Shown in pieces: positions 8,127 through 18,519 of a stretch of DNA of 28,791 nt. Where the stretch lies: the UHGV virus genome UHGV-1403449. One strand, 5' to 3'. The stretch is from a virus. The notes under the pieces were generated by a model that saw nothing but the letters and a program-made list of their open reading frames with translations, was not told the origin of the DNA and did no database searches. The translations under genes were made by a program, and so were the position numbers. The stretch's first letter is position 1. Every line of letters starts with the position of its first letter.

Positions 8127-8933
8127 TTAGAATAAAGATTTCGCCGCCCCTTTTAACGAGGTCATGACTGATTTTGACTGGCTGGTCCCGTTACTTTTTT
8201 TAGAATTATCAGCGGGCGTCTGCGCCCCCTTATTAGCAACGCCCGCCGTTTTTGATTTAGCAGCTGCCGAGGGGGATTTGAAGTGCTGCTCAATCGGTGC
8301 GGTAGTCAGTTGCGTGAAGGTGATTTTTGTAAAACTGGCTTCAAACTTAGTTTCCATCGTTTGATTGTCGGTACTGATGGTCAGGCCGCTTAACGCCATA
8401 TTTTCATGGGTGCGATAATCCACCTCCACGGAAATAAGCTGCTTGCCGTAGTACACCCCCTCAATGAAGTCGAGAAATTGCTCGCGTATACCTTTAGCGC
8501 CACCAGTAGACGGGTTGCCCACCAGCCCAAACAGGTCGGCTCCTTTATCAGCCAGGCGTTTTGCCTTTAAGATGGCCTGCTCTGCGCGGTCGGCAATCTC
8601 ATTCATTTTTTGCAACTGCTGCTGCGTCTTTGCGGGGATGTACTCCAGCACCTCACCATACTTCGAATAATCTGGCATCAGGCTAAAAGAAGAGTTTGGT
8701 TTCGCATCGACAAAAATATCGGCAACAACACCGCTGATTTTTATCGTCAGCGGGCCATTGATAATGTCGTCTGACGCGTTACTGCCATCCTCCAGCACGT
8801 CTACAGGAACCTGAGACGGGTATTCAGTAGCATCGCTCACTCGGGCAAACATTGAGAACCCGCCGATCCCTACCTTTTTAACAGTATCTTTGCCAGAAGA
8901 TTGCGCCTGCATGAGGCCGTCTAGAATCCCCAT
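8127..8933 (-). CDS. Putative tail protein (position of Mu gpN DNA-circularisation protein)
   Basis: 268 aa ORF immediately after the tape measure gene; start/stop overlap with the tape measure gene; synteny only. Confidence 0.4.
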   Translation of the reverse strand: MGILDGLMQAQSSGKDTVKKVGIGGFSMFARVSDATEYPSQVPVDVLEDGSNASDDIINGPLTIKISGVVADIFVDAKPNSSFSLMPDYSKYGEVLEYIPAKTQQQLQKMNEIADRAEQAILKAKRLADKGADLFGLVGNPSTGGAKGIREQFLDFIEGVYYGKQLISVEVDYRTHENMALSGLTISTDNQTMETKFEASFTKITFTQLTTAPIEQHFKSPSAAAKSKTAGVANKGAQTPADNSKKSNGTSQSKSVMTSLKGAAKSLF

Positions 8934-10729
8934 TACCGACCTCCTCTGCCACTCAACCGGTTGGCATCCTTCATGTTTTGTTGCAGGCTATCTGCCGCAG
9001 TATTCCCGGCGACAACCGGATCGGATGTGTTGATGTGAATCGTGTTCTGCTGGCTGACGCTTGAATTGCTTGTCACGCCACCACCACCGAGTCCCACCGC
9101 AGCATTCATGCCGTAAGGAATACCACCAGGACTCATGCCGCCGTTACCGCCGCCGGTTACTCCCTGCTGCTGTTCATCCTCACCGACCCCGAAGAATGAC
9201 TTTGTCGCATTCCAGGCATTTGAAGCAGCGTTGCTGATAATATTGCTGATGTATTCCCCCAGCCCAGCAAAGATGTTTTTCGCCCAGTCAATAAAAGCCG
9301 TGAATGGTTTTTTCATCAGTTCGACGCCGTTATCGAAGATTTTTACCACATCCCCCCATGCACCTTCAAAATCGCCAGCGACTAACTTCCATAGTGCTGA
9401 GAACATCAGCTTCGTGTTTTCGATGGCAGTAGTGAATACATCAACGACAAACGCGCCGGCATCGCCAAACACGTATTTAATCGCATCACCAACGACACCA
9501 AATGCACCAGTGATAAACGCTATAAGAGAATCAAAGATATTCTGCGCATCCTTCATCGCACCCTGAAAATCACCCGTAAACGCACCTGTGATGAGATGCC
9601 ACACCATCCTGAACATGGAGGCAATCGCATCAGCAAGCGGTTTAAACACGCCAATAGCGTAGTTTATGAAAGCCATGAGCGACGCTTTCGCCTCTTTCAG
9701 TGCGGGAACAATATCTATTCCCCAGTTATCTTTGAAGAAATCAGCAATAACGCTTTGGCCACCTTCCATAGCCGTCAGCAAATCATCGATAACAAGAACG
9801 ACAGCGATAATGGCGGCAGTGATCAGTACGACAGGAGAGAATATGGTTGCCAGCACCGCTCTAAGTCCTATAGCAGCAATTTTCCAGGCTACAAATCCGG
9901 TGGTAATAAGACCAATAATCGGCAGGAAGCGACGGATCATACCCATAACGGAGAAGATAATTTCCCCAAGATGGGCCAGCCCGTTTTTGATGAGATCCTT
10001 ATTAGCAATGAGAATGTCCGTAAACCCATCCACCAGGTCTTTCAGTACCGGCACAAATCCGACGGCAACCTGAAATTTGATACCATCAAAGCCTTTCCCC
10101 AGCGTTGTCAGAGAATCGTTGTAGGCTGCAAACTGATCGGCCTGGTCTTGCGTGACAACACCAAGCGCCTCGGCCTTGTTCTGCAACGAAGATATTTCTT
10201 CGCCCGTCATGGATAGCAACTGCACCATGGAACGGTCGATACCCATCTTATCCAGAACAGAAAACTTCTCTGCCTGGCTCATGCCGTGCAGTTTGTCGGC
10301 CAGTTCACGAAATATCACATCGGAGTTTTTTACCTGCCCGTTCATATCCTTGAACTGAAGGCCCAGCCTTTCCGCAACGTCTTTCGCCTCCCCCTCACCG
10401 GTGGAAACGAACTCCCCCACTCTTTTTGTCATCTCACCTAGCGAAGCCTGCAACGCATCAACACTTGAGCCATTTACAGACGCCGCGTAACCCAGTGACT
10501 GAACGGTCTCGATCGCCACCCCCGTTTCCCGGGAGAACTGGACCAGCGGATCAATAGACTGACTGACAGACGTCACCCAGCCAGCAACCCCCGCAGCCGA
10601 ACCGGCGATAGCGGCTCCAAGCCCGGCAAGCAAACCAATAGATGCTTTCAGATTTGCATTGAAGGTTTCCTGCGGCGCCAGATTACCGATAAAACCGAAT
10701 TTGGTAATAAGCTCGTTAACTATCGCCAT
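8933..10729 (-). CDS. Tail tape measure protein
   Basis: About 600 aa, largest tail ORF, directly downstream of tube and chaperone genes; long Ala/Gly-rich hydrophobic central segments typical of tape measure proteins. ORF is open to 10795 but the ATG at 10729 (MAIVNELITKFGF) is the probable start. Confidence 0.8.
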   Translation of the reverse strand: MAIVNELITKFGFIGNLAPQETFNANLKASIGLLAGLGAAIAGSAAGVAGWVTSVSQSIDPLVQFSRETGVAIETVQSLGYAASVNGSSVDALQASLGEMTKRVGEFVSTGEGEAKDVAERLGLQFKDMNGQVKNSDVIFRELADKLHGMSQAEKFSVLDKMGIDRSMVQLLSMTGEEISSLQNKAEALGVVTQDQADQFAAYNDSLTTLGKGFDGIKFQVAVGFVPVLKDLVDGFTDILIANKDLIKNGLAHLGEIIFSVMGMIRRFLPIIGLITTGFVAWKIAAIGLRAVLATIFSPVVLITAAIIAVVLVIDDLLTAMEGGQSVIADFFKDNWGIDIVPALKEAKASLMAFINYAIGVFKPLADAIASMFRMVWHLITGAFTGDFQGAMKDAQNIFDSLIAFITGAFGVVGDAIKYVFGDAGAFVVDVFTTAIENTKLMFSALWKLVAGDFEGAWGDVVKIFDNGVELMKKPFTAFIDWAKNIFAGLGEYISNIISNAASNAWNATKSFFGVGEDEQQQGVTGGGNGGMSPGGIPYGMNAAVGLGGGGVTSNSSVSQQNTIHINTSDPVVAGNTAADSLQQNMKDANRLSGRGGR

Positions 10730-10882
10730 TCCGCGCCTTCTCCATCTCGTAGTGTTGAATGTCTGCGCTGATATTCTCGAACTCAAGCATGTCAAACAGC
10801 TCTGGTGTGTCTAATTTAACAAGTTCGTGATAGGGGCCGTATCCGGCCTTTGATAGCGCCAGATACATGCTCATGTCGTCGC

Positions 10883-11296
10883 TTATGTTCGAGGATTTAA
10901 CGTAAATTTCTGAACGTCTGGAGCTTCTGAACGTGAGTTCATATTGCTCCCGCCCATAAAAGGCAGGCTGATAACCTGAAGCGCTGTTGTGATTAGCATG
11001 ACGTAATCACCAGGGTAGGATTCGAAGTGTTCCGGCTGCTTAGACAGTTGCACACCGTCAAACAGAACGTAATCGAACATCAGGCGTTCAATTTCCTCAA
11101 ATCGCTCTGAGTCCAGAAACTCAAGAGACTGCCGCGATAACTCAGAGGCAATGCCTGTGAAGAAGGCAAAAACCTTGCGGCGTTTTTTGTGTGTCATCGC
11201 AGCAAAGTCGTAGCGGTTGCCGTTGATTTCAGCAAAACCGTCATCGTAGACCGCCTTGATCATCTCGAGTGCTTTTTTCTGCTGTTCTTTAGACAT
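10883..11296 (-). CDS. Tail assembly chaperone (between tube and tape measure)
   Basis: 137 aa acidic protein in the canonical chaperone position of contractile-tail clusters. Confidence 0.5.
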   Translation of the reverse strand: MSKEQQKKALEMIKAVYDDGFAEINGNRYDFAAMTHKKRRKVFAFFTGIASELSRQSLEFLDSERFEEIERLMFDYVLFDGVQLSKQPEHFESYPGDYVMLITTALQVISLPFMGGSNMNSRSEAPDVQKFTLNPRT

Positions 11297-11304
11297 ATCT
11301 GACC

Positions 11305-11736
11305 TTATACATTACGCACGACATTGCGGTACTCAATGGTGTATTCCATCAGTGCGTTAACGTCCTGGTTGTTTTTGGTTTGCGTCGGTTGTGTGGTGAT
11401 AGAACCGGCCTGAAGATCGTAGGTTTCCTTCAGTGCCGCGCCGTCGCGCACGAACGACTCTTTAACTGAGCCGTTAAAGACAACGGGGATCGCGGCGGTA
11501 CGCTGCTGGTTAAGCCAGATATCATCGTTAGAAAATTTCTGGACACGTATCACCATCACATGCACCCCGGCATCAACACGCCCCGAGATTGTGACGCCGT
11601 TATTCGCACTATTGGCGCGGCTTGTAAGCGGATTGGATGGCGTCAGCGTGACGTAGTCCCCCGCAGCGATATCCGTGATGATTCGCCCATTCAGAACGAT
11701 GGTCGCGGTATCTGCACTGATAACAATCTGAGACAT
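11305..11736 (-). CDS. Tail tube protein
   Basis: 143 aa ORF immediately downstream of the sheath gene (Mu L-M order). Confidence 0.6.
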   Translation of the reverse strand: MSQIVISADTATIVLNGRIITDIAAGDYVTLTPSNPLTSRANSANNGVTISGRVDAGVHVMVIRVQKFSNDDIWLNQQRTAAIPVVFNGSVKESFVRDGAALKETYDLQAGSITTQPTQTKNNQDVNALMEYTIEYRNVVRNV

Positions 11737-11746
11737 TTACCGCTCC

Positions 11747-13249
11747 TTATTTATTGAAATTGATGATGATATCGGCACTGTGAACAGCACCAGCATTCTT
11801 CACTGCTACCTGAACAACCGGGGATTTGCGTTCCTGCCTGTCTGCGGTTGACTGGTCTTTCAGGTCACCGGCCAGCACGTAATACCCGTTTTGCTCGATA
11901 TTTCGCAGAAACATATCCCGATCCCCGAAGAAGTCAGGCAGCGTCCAGGTACCCGGATTGAACACCCCAGCCTTCACAAACCCATGCGTGGTTTTCTCTA
12001 CACAGTCCTCTAACTGATCAACGCCATAATAGGTTTGTGGGACTTTAGTCGGCGTGGTTTTAAGGAGGTTGAAGGAATCCGTCTGCACTGCGTCAACGTA
12101 GGCCATCAGGTTATAGACGTTGTCGACAAAATCATTAGCACCGCTCGACAGCACGCAGGGAACGTCTTTAATCGTGGTGTAGATGTCGAGACCTACACGC
12201 TTCGCTTTGTCGATCTCCGTCTGCTCATAACTTTCGGCCGGCACGTTCATCGTTTTGAGGTGCAAAGTGATTGCAGTGCGTTCTCCGTTGAAATTAACGG
12301 TATGCGTGCGCGCCATATAGCTAACACCAAATTTCCGGTTGCCTGTTTTGCTGTAGAGCATGCGGAAATTACTCTGGCTGGCGAGTGTTACCGCCCATGC
12401 CGGGTTAGTCGGATCAACTTCCAGAGCTGCCGAACCGGTAAATGTCTCATACACGATTACCGCGTTCGCTTTAGCCCATGAAGCGATCAACGGCACCTGC
12501 GCATCGAGAATTTTGTCGATGAAGGCCGCGCCTTTTACGTTGACCTGCGCTTTGAGTTTGCTGAGAGATTCCAGTTGTGTTTCCGGTGAAATCTCAGTTG
12601 ATGCGCTACCGTTTACCAGCGAAGCGCCGGAACCCTCCGCAACCGCCAGCAGATCGCCAATAAAAGAGCCACCATCCAGCACTGTCGGATAACCAACAAC
12701 AGAGTTAGTCCCTGTCGATTTGTTGGTAATCGCTATACGGCTGCCATCAAAAACAACCGATGCAACATCTGGCGTAATTTTCGCCTGGATTTGGGCGATG
12801 ACATCTGCCAGTGTCGTCGCCGTCATGCCATTAATTTCAGTCACATCGTGCTTAGTGCCGTCAATCTCAATACTGAATGACCAGTCAGACTTCTCGCGTA
12901 ACGCTGGCAGTACGACTGCCTGAGAAATCTCACCGCCACGCAGTACACCGCTGGTCGCAGGCAGCGTTTCCCCGGCAGCGTTCCAGTAACCGACGATCAG
13001 CGTGCCGCCCGCGGATACCGGGTTAGGACTGGTCCCGAAAAACACATTCGCAAAAGCTGCGGTGACTGAAGAAGCCCCCCAGTCCTGTTCGACAGCAGAT
13101 GCGCTTTTGTATGAACGCCAGCGTTCAGCAGTGCTCAATACCCCCGTCTGGCTGGTCAGAATTGCGCAAACGTTGATGTTATCTCGCGCCGCCGCCCGTC
13201 CCTCTTCGAGAAGCGTCACATTAATGACGTTATTAATTGATGCCGACAT
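11747..13249 (-). CDS. Contractile tail sheath protein (Mu gpL-like)
   Basis: 500 aa ORF, first large gene after the head-tail joining genes and followed by tube, chaperone and tape measure; size and position typical of Mu-like sheath. Confidence 0.7.
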   Translation of the reverse strand: MSASINNVINVTLLEEGRAAARDNINVCAILTSQTGVLSTAERWRSYKSASAVEQDWGASSVTAAFANVFFGTSPNPVSAGGTLIVGYWNAAGETLPATSGVLRGGEISQAVVLPALREKSDWSFSIEIDGTKHDVTEINGMTATTLADVIAQIQAKITPDVASVVFDGSRIAITNKSTGTNSVVGYPTVLDGGSFIGDLLAVAEGSGASLVNGSASTEISPETQLESLSKLKAQVNVKGAAFIDKILDAQVPLIASWAKANAVIVYETFTGSAALEVDPTNPAWAVTLASQSNFRMLYSKTGNRKFGVSYMARTHTVNFNGERTAITLHLKTMNVPAESYEQTEIDKAKRVGLDIYTTIKDVPCVLSSGANDFVDNVYNLMAYVDAVQTDSFNLLKTTPTKVPQTYYGVDQLEDCVEKTTHGFVKAGVFNPGTWTLPDFFGDRDMFLRNIEQNGYYVLAGDLKDQSTADRQERKSPVVQVAVKNAGAVHSADIIINFNK

Positions 13250-13738
13250 TTACTTGTCCTCTAAAAATTGAAACTGCGGCGTATCGATGCGCAGTGTCTG
13301 CACGTCCCGCGCAGGGGCATACTGAACATTGAAACTCAGGTGAACACGATTACCGTGGGACTGCCCCAGGAGTTGCCCCACATCGATGATGTTTGAGACG
13401 GCCATGATGGTGAGTGAATGCGTGCGGCGCAGTTCGTTCGCGTGCTGGCTTTCACTCAGCATCATGAAGCTTTCAGCGTTGACGTAAGCCTTATCCCCGT
13501 AAAACTCCAGGACAATCGCGTGGCTCACTGAGGCGCTATAAGTCATCACTTCCGCGTCACCATTAAAGCGCTGGCCACGGGCCAGCACTGATTGCGGTAG
13601 TGAGCCGTTTACCACGATATAACTGGTGGAAAAGTCGGACGCCTGCACGTTCCGACGGTCGAACTTGATCAGCTGTTCGTCGTAGTCCAGAAGGTCACGT
13701 ACGAAACGCGCGACAGCTTTCAGATGGGGTTGTGTCAT
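13250..13738 (-). CDS. Hypothetical structural protein (tail completion / terminator-like position)
   Basis: 162 aa ORF abutting the sheath gene start; synteny only. Confidence 0.35.
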   Translation of the reverse strand: MTQPHLKAVARFVRDLLDYDEQLIKFDRRNVQASDFSTSYIVVNGSLPQSVLARGQRFNGDAEVMTYSASVSHAIVLEFYGDKAYVNAESFMMLSESQHANELRRTHSLTIMAVSNIIDVGQLLGQSHGNRVHLSFNVQYAPARDVQTLRIDTPQFQFLEDK

Positions 13739-14091
13739 GGCGTTGGCACCAGTAGCGGGAGCCGGGTTTCCTCGGCGATGACAGCGCAGAATCCGTAATC
13801 CATAAAATCGGCCGGGGACACGACTTTGTAGTCCTTGCCTCCCTTCTCAATAAACTGACCGGTTTCAATTTTCAGCCGTGCATGAATCAGCAGATATTCT
13901 TTCGACCAGTCCAGGCTATCCAGCGTCAGATTCTCTTTGTTCGCACTTTGCACCACCGCCAGAATGTCCTGGCTGTTAACAGTCACGACCGGTTCAAAAT
14001 CGATGGTGGTTTCAGTGCGGGTTTTGAGTTTTACAGGCTGTTCCCAGCCGATTAACGCGTCGCTCATATCAAGGTCTGATAAGTCGCTCAC
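13735..14091 (-). CDS. Hypothetical head-tail joining protein
   Basis: 118 aa ORF with 4-nt overlaps to both neighbours in the structural operon. Confidence 0.35.
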   Translation of the reverse strand: MSDLSDLDMSDALIGWEQPVKLKTRTETTIDFEPVVTVNSQDILAVVQSANKENLTLDSLDWSKEYLLIHARLKIETGQFIEKGGKDYKVVSPADFMDYGFCAVIAEETRLPLLVPTP

Positions 14092-14669
14092 TTACGAACC
14101 TCCCACGTTATGGCACCACGCAGGGCGCCTGTATCAATTAACGGCGCAGACGATCCTTTAGCCTTTTTAGTTGCAGCAGTGATATCTGACCACGTGCCAT
14201 ACCCGGCAATCTCAAAGGCCTTCACGCTGATATTTCGCGCCGTCGCGCCTATCAAATTTAATGCGGTGTCAGCATCCATACGCCCGGAGCCTACGGCTTC
14301 ACAGGCCTTTTCGATTGCCCGGTTAATTTCCGACTTTTTGAGGGTGAAAGGAGCGCGAAGAAAGGATCGTTCAGGAATCGTTATCTTGTGAGCCGCTGTA
14401 AATCCGCTAACCGGACCCATGAAGGTCTTGCGGGTAAACGTAGCTTTTCCACCGGTTGCCATATACCCCGTCCCGCCAGGGTGATCGATTTCAGCACCGA
14501 ACTCGTGAACCGCCCCGATCTCAATTATCGATGTTCCGTCATCGTGGGTTTTATTTCCCACCTTGCCCGCTGGCAAACCTACGGCGACGTAATGGGTTTT
14601 CATCGCCTGAAGGTTCTTCAGATATTCCGTGGTTAGTCTTAAGGTTTCTTCTGGCGTCATGAGAAACAC
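14088..14669 (-). CDS. Hypothetical head-tail joining / neck protein
   Basis: 193 aa ORF in the structural operon between capsid and tail genes. Confidence 0.35.
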   Translation of the reverse strand: MFLMTPEETLRLTTEYLKNLQAMKTHYVAVGLPAGKVGNKTHDDGTSIIEIGAVHEFGAEIDHPGGTGYMATGGKATFTRKTFMGPVSGFTAAHKITIPERSFLRAPFTLKKSEINRAIEKACEAVGSGRMDADTALNLIGATARNISVKAFEIAGYGTWSDITAATKKAKGSSAPLIDTGALRGAITWEVRK

Positions 14670-14675
14670 TCCGCC

Positions 14676-15040
14676 CTAACGAATCGCCAGCACGTGGACG
14701 CCCACCAGCTTACGTAACCTGATGTATTCCTGGCCGTAAGAACTGGAGGCATAACCATCGTGATTTGCACCAAACCCGGCATCCGGGGCGGAATACCCTA
14801 AAGACAATCCAGCCACTGAACGACTGGTTATTGACTGGGCAGTTTTGCCGCTGGAATTTCCGGAAGGGGTTAACGCACCTGAGGCATAAAGAAGATGTGC
14901 CGCTAAAGCATGAAGCCCTTGCTCATAGAGCTTGTTCCATACTTTGCGGCTCATCTGGTTTGCTGCATCCTGTAGCGCCCCTTCTATTCGAGCAGGGGCA
15001 ACACTGGCGAACTCGGGGTAACGAACGGTGAATTCCATGC
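14676..15040 (-). CDS. Hypothetical head-tail connector/adaptor-like protein
   Basis: ORF is open to 15143 but that would overlap the capsid gene by about 90 nt; the internal ATG at 15040 (MEFTVRYPEF...) just downstream of the capsid stop is the likely start. Confidence 0.35.
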
Positions 15041-15052
15041 TACCCCCTGTGA

Positions 15053-16021
15053 TTACTCTGCCGGAGAGGATTTGTAATCCACATACACCCCGGACTGCGG
15101 CTGTTTCCACATCGCGCCACCGAAGGCAGAGCGATAACCACACTCATAGGTCAGCAGATCACGCTGTCGTGCTGCCAGCAGTTCTGGCATATGCACTTCC
15201 ATTTCGATGTAATCGGCTTCGTAGGTGTAGATTGCCAGGCGGGTTTTACCCGATTTGATACCTACCGCGTAATTGCTCGGGACTTTCACGAAAGTAATGT
15301 TGAAAGACTCATTACCAGAAGCCTTACGCAGCGCCGCCATAATGCGATCCATCGCCGCAATCGGGAGCAGGTCAGTACCCACAACAATCGGATTCGGGTC
15401 GAATTTCTGCATGGCGAGCATAAAGTCGCTGGCGTCCATGGCGATATGCGTTGGCTGGATACGATAGCCGGATTTGCGCCATGCCGCGTTATAAGCATCC
15501 AGCACCAGTTTCACGAACCCATCAGAGGTCATTTCGGCAATGGTTTTGCCTGACGTGTCGGTGATAAGCTGTACTTTCGTCCCTGTCAGCAACCCTTCCT
15601 GACCTTTAACGCCGCGATGGCCGACGTAACCGGCATACTGAATGGTAGCGAGGGCGTTGGCATACAGATCATCCTGCTTTTTGGTCTGCAGGTTGATGTT
15701 CAGACGTGCGATCTTCTCCAGTTCCTGCTGAGTCCAGGTTGCAGCTTTAGCCCACTGGCCAACAGGCGCTTTCAGCCATTCGATTTCACTATCAATGGTT
15801 TTCAGGCTGTTGGTTTTGTTACCAATGATGCCGTCTTTAACCGACCCGACCACTTCTGACACGCCGAAATCCACATATTCCAGAGAAAAATCCAGGCCGT
15901 CTTTAACCGGGAGGGCTTCACCGATGTTGATCTCTGGAAGTTCTTTTTCTTGCAACTGCATATCACGCTCAGTTAGCGCTTCCTGCAGCACTTCTTCGAA
16001 ATCTGCTGATTCCATAGGCAT
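15053..16021 (-). CDS. Major capsid protein
   Basis: 322 aa ORF downstream of scaffold and decoration-like genes; size and position typical of the major head subunit. Confidence 0.6.
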   Translation of the reverse strand: MPMESADFEEVLQEALTERDMQLQEKELPEINIGEALPVKDGLDFSLEYVDFGVSEVVGSVKDGIIGNKTNSLKTIDSEIEWLKAPVGQWAKAATWTQQELEKIARLNINLQTKKQDDLYANALATIQYAGYVGHRGVKGQEGLLTGTKVQLITDTSGKTIAEMTSDGFVKLVLDAYNAAWRKSGYRIQPTHIAMDASDFMLAMQKFDPNPIVVGTDLLPIAAMDRIMAALRKASGNESFNITFVKVPSNYAVGIKSGKTRLAIYTYEADYIEMEVHMPELLAARQRDLLTYECGYRSAFGGAMWKQPQSGVYVDYKSSPAE

Positions 16022-16024
16022 TGG

Positions 16025-16516
16025 TTATGCTCCTTCCGTCTGCTGAACTGCCTGTTGTACGTAGCCCAGGGTGATAGCCACGCAGTTATTACCCGCGCTC
16101 ACATCTTCCACCCAGAAACCCAAATCAATATTTCCGGCTGCTTCTGTCGTCACCTTTCCGGCATCGGCACCCGTCGCCACGATGTAAGCCGCCGCGCCAC
16201 GAGTAAAATCAGCGTCATCGACTGTCAGCGCGCCGACGCAGTCGCCGTGAGAGAAATGCCCTACGTTGACCTGCTTGGTGTGCGGTGCACCTTCGCCGTA
16301 AATGTCGCGCACCACAATCCCGTGAATGCGTTTGCCAGCTGCGAGAGGCATCACGCCGCCGTCCGGGTTGACAGCTACGAACGTGCCGTAGGGCAATTTC
16401 GTTTCGGTCAGGTTCTCTTCCCCCCAGACTTTATCGTTAGAGCTGGAGGCGCGTTTGATTGAACCTGGTTTAATAGTGCCGTCGGCACCATCCCAGTCAG
16501 TAAATCCGAAAGCCAT
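16025..16516 (-). CDS. Putative head decoration / minor head structural protein
   Basis: 163 aa Gly/Ala-rich protein between the scaffold and capsid genes. Confidence 0.4.
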   Translation of the reverse strand: MAFGFTDWDGADGTIKPGSIKRASSSNDKVWGEENLTETKLPYGTFVAVNPDGGVMPLAAGKRIHGIVVRDIYGEGAPHTKQVNVGHFSHGDCVGALTVDDADFTRGAAAYIVATGADAGKVTTEAAGNIDLGFWVEDVSAGNNCVAITLGYVQQAVQQTEGA

Positions 16517-16518
16517 AG

Positions 16519-17664
16519 TTATTTACCCCCAAGGCGTTGAGTTGCGGTTTTAGTGCTTTTGTTCGCGGAGTCGTTAAACAGATGAGCACCGATTTCACTG
16601 CGTGGCTTCGAGGTGGCTTGAATAGCCGCATATGCCGCGCGGACTTCGCTGTCAGTCATTGCTTTGACCTCAGCATCGTTAAATGCTTTAGTGCTCACCA
16701 GTACGGCGGCACGCACGTCACGCGCTGATTTGGCATCATTGAAGCTGACTTTAGGGAAGCGGGCTTTCGCGTCTGCCAGTGTGGTGCTGGTTTCGTTGCC
16801 GGATTTCAGCTGCTCCAGTTCTTCTTCCAGCGCTTTAACCTTCGCTTTCAGATCGGCGTTTTCGGTTTCCAGCGCAGTGATTTTCGCGTCCTTGTCGTCA
16901 CCACCAGCGGCAGGATCTTCATCGTTCGGCGATGGTGCCCCCGTCATGCCTTCCAGTTGAGTTTTAAGGTCAGCGAGTTGCGCCAGCACTTCCTGAGCCT
17001 TTGCCGTCGCCTCGTCAGTCCCTTGCCCCTGGAGTTCTGCCAGTGCTTTTTCCAGCGCGGCGATCATGCCGACCAGTTCGTCAGGAGTTAGCGCTGCACC
17101 GTCCGCATCCTTCAGTTTTTTGCCCTTCAGGAAACTCAGGGCGTCAGTTAATGTTTTGAACATCGGCTTACCTTTTTTGTCGTTTAACTTACACTGAGGC
17201 CCGTAGCGCCCCTCTGCCACGCCCGCGACATGATTGCCGCGAATGTTGATGTGGTAATACTTACCGCCCCTTTCCTCGAGTTCAGCAGGCTCATATCCAA
17301 CGGATACTTCACGAATCCCCGTTTCTTCCAGCGTCTTAATTGCAACGGCATCCGTCAGAAAAACGTCGCAGACCACCTCACCACCCTCGATACGGGTATT
17401 GGCGATATGACCGGATGCTTTGTCTTTGTGGTCTGCTGCGGTGACTTCCCCGTCGTCGGGGTGCGTTATGGTGAACGGGAGGCCATTGAATGAAGCGAGT
17501 GTTTCAGGTTTTGATAATTCGTCGAGGGTGCGGACAACGGTGATTTTTTTGTTGGCATCGCTGCCAGTTAATCCCAGTTCGTGACCGTAATATTCAATCG
17601 GCCCTGCGCGGGTGATCGTCGCAGTGGTAATCACATACCCCTGCGGTGTTCGTTTCCACTTCAT
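16519..17664 (-). CDS. Head scaffold / prohead-protease-like protein (DUF2213-like)
   Basis: 381 aa; C-terminal half is a low-complexity coiled-coil (...LEKALAELQGQG...ALETENADLKAKVKALEEELEQLKS...) typical of scaffolding proteins; located between the Mu-F-like gene and the capsid gene. Confidence 0.5.
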   Translation of the reverse strand: MKWKRTPQGYVITTATITRAGPIEYYGHELGLTGSDANKKITVVRTLDELSKPETLASFNGLPFTITHPDDGEVTAADHKDKASGHIANTRIEGGEVVCDVFLTDAVAIKTLEETGIREVSVGYEPAELEERGGKYYHINIRGNHVAGVAEGRYGPQCKLNDKKGKPMFKTLTDALSFLKGKKLKDADGAALTPDELVGMIAALEKALAELQGQGTDEATAKAQEVLAQLADLKTQLEGMTGAPSPNDEDPAAGGDDKDAKITALETENADLKAKVKALEEELEQLKSGNETSTTLADAKARFPKVSFNDAKSARDVRAAVLVSTKAFNDAEVKAMTDSEVRAAYAAIQATSKPRSEIGAHLFNDSANKSTKTATQRLGGK

Positions 17665-17667
17665 TGA

Positions 17668-18519
17668 TTAATCCCATGAGACGTAAGGGAGGGCCAGGCA
17701 TCGGCATTGGTAATCCTCGCCGGGTTTACCGATGAATGCCCCGATGGTTGAGCGTTTCTTCCACGTTTTGCCGCCGTCGTCTGAGTAGACCGTCGGATCG
17801 GAGTATTTACAGAGCATGCCGTTTAACGCGGAATGACTGTCACGCTCCCGTTCGTCGCCAGTACCTCCCCACTCATACAGGTCAAGACCAAGAGCAACAT
17901 TTCGCGCTTCAGTCAGGTCTGCGTTCAGTTTTGAGGTCTGGTCACGTGCGATTAGCCTGGCGCGGTTGCGGGTGACATTCCCGCGCTCCTTGATTATGTC
18001 GATCAGGTTTTCATGTCGGCCGCCGTCTTTCATGTTCTCGAAAACCTCCGCGCCGATATCGTGGATAAAGTCGGTATGGATGGAGGTGATCAGGTCGACA
18101 TTGTCATTAACCGCCTTTTCCATTTCTGGCTTTATCGCGCCATCGCCGAGCATCCCGGTCAGATCAATCCCAAAAGCCTGAGAGAAAGTGCGCTGAGTCT
18201 GCTCTTTGTTCTGCAGGTTTGCCCGCGTAACGAATCCGGCAGAGAGTCGGGCGGCGACCTCCTGAATTGAAATGCTCGCTAATCGCTGCATGACTGCCGC
18301 AAGGCGCGCTGTAATCGACAAAGGAGTGGTATCGGGCGCATCGGTGAGTGTGGGCTTGTCCAGCTCGTCCAGGAGTGTCTGAAGCATGCTATCGACAAAC
18401 TCAATCAGCCTGTCTCGATACCAGACCTCTGCACGCTTGCTGGCGGTTGGTGGCCGCATCCGTCGGCGTCGTGGTTTAAGGCGCCCCTGTTTGCGCTCCA
18501 GCAGCTGTTTCAGGTCCAT
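17668..18519 (-). CDS. Head morphogenesis protein (Mu gpF-like minor head protein)
   Basis: 283 aa ORF directly after the portal gene, overlapping its end; position and size match the Mu F / SPP1 gp7 family. Confidence 0.6.
   Translation of the reverse strand: MDLKQLLERKQGRLKPRRRRMRPPTASKRAEVWYRDRLIEFVDSMLQTLLDELDKPTLTDAPDTTPLSITARLAAVMQRLASISIQEVAARLSAGFVTRANLQNKEQTQRTFSQAFGIDLTGMLGDGAIKPEMEKAVNDNVDLITSIHTDFIHDIGAEVFENMKDGGRHENLIDIIKERGNVTRNRARLIARDQTSKLNADLTEARNVALGLDLYEWGGTGDERERDSHSALNGMLCKYSDPTVYSDDGGKTWKKRSTIGAFIGKPGEDYQCRCLALPYVSWD

Noticed and set aside
10796-10960. Possible programmed -1 frameshift at the 3' end of the tail assembly chaperone gene (as in P2 E/E+E' or lambda G/GT)
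   Set aside because: No canonical X-XXY-YYZ slippery heptamer seen at the end of the 137-aa ORF and no obvious extended overlapping frame; cannot be supported by eye.
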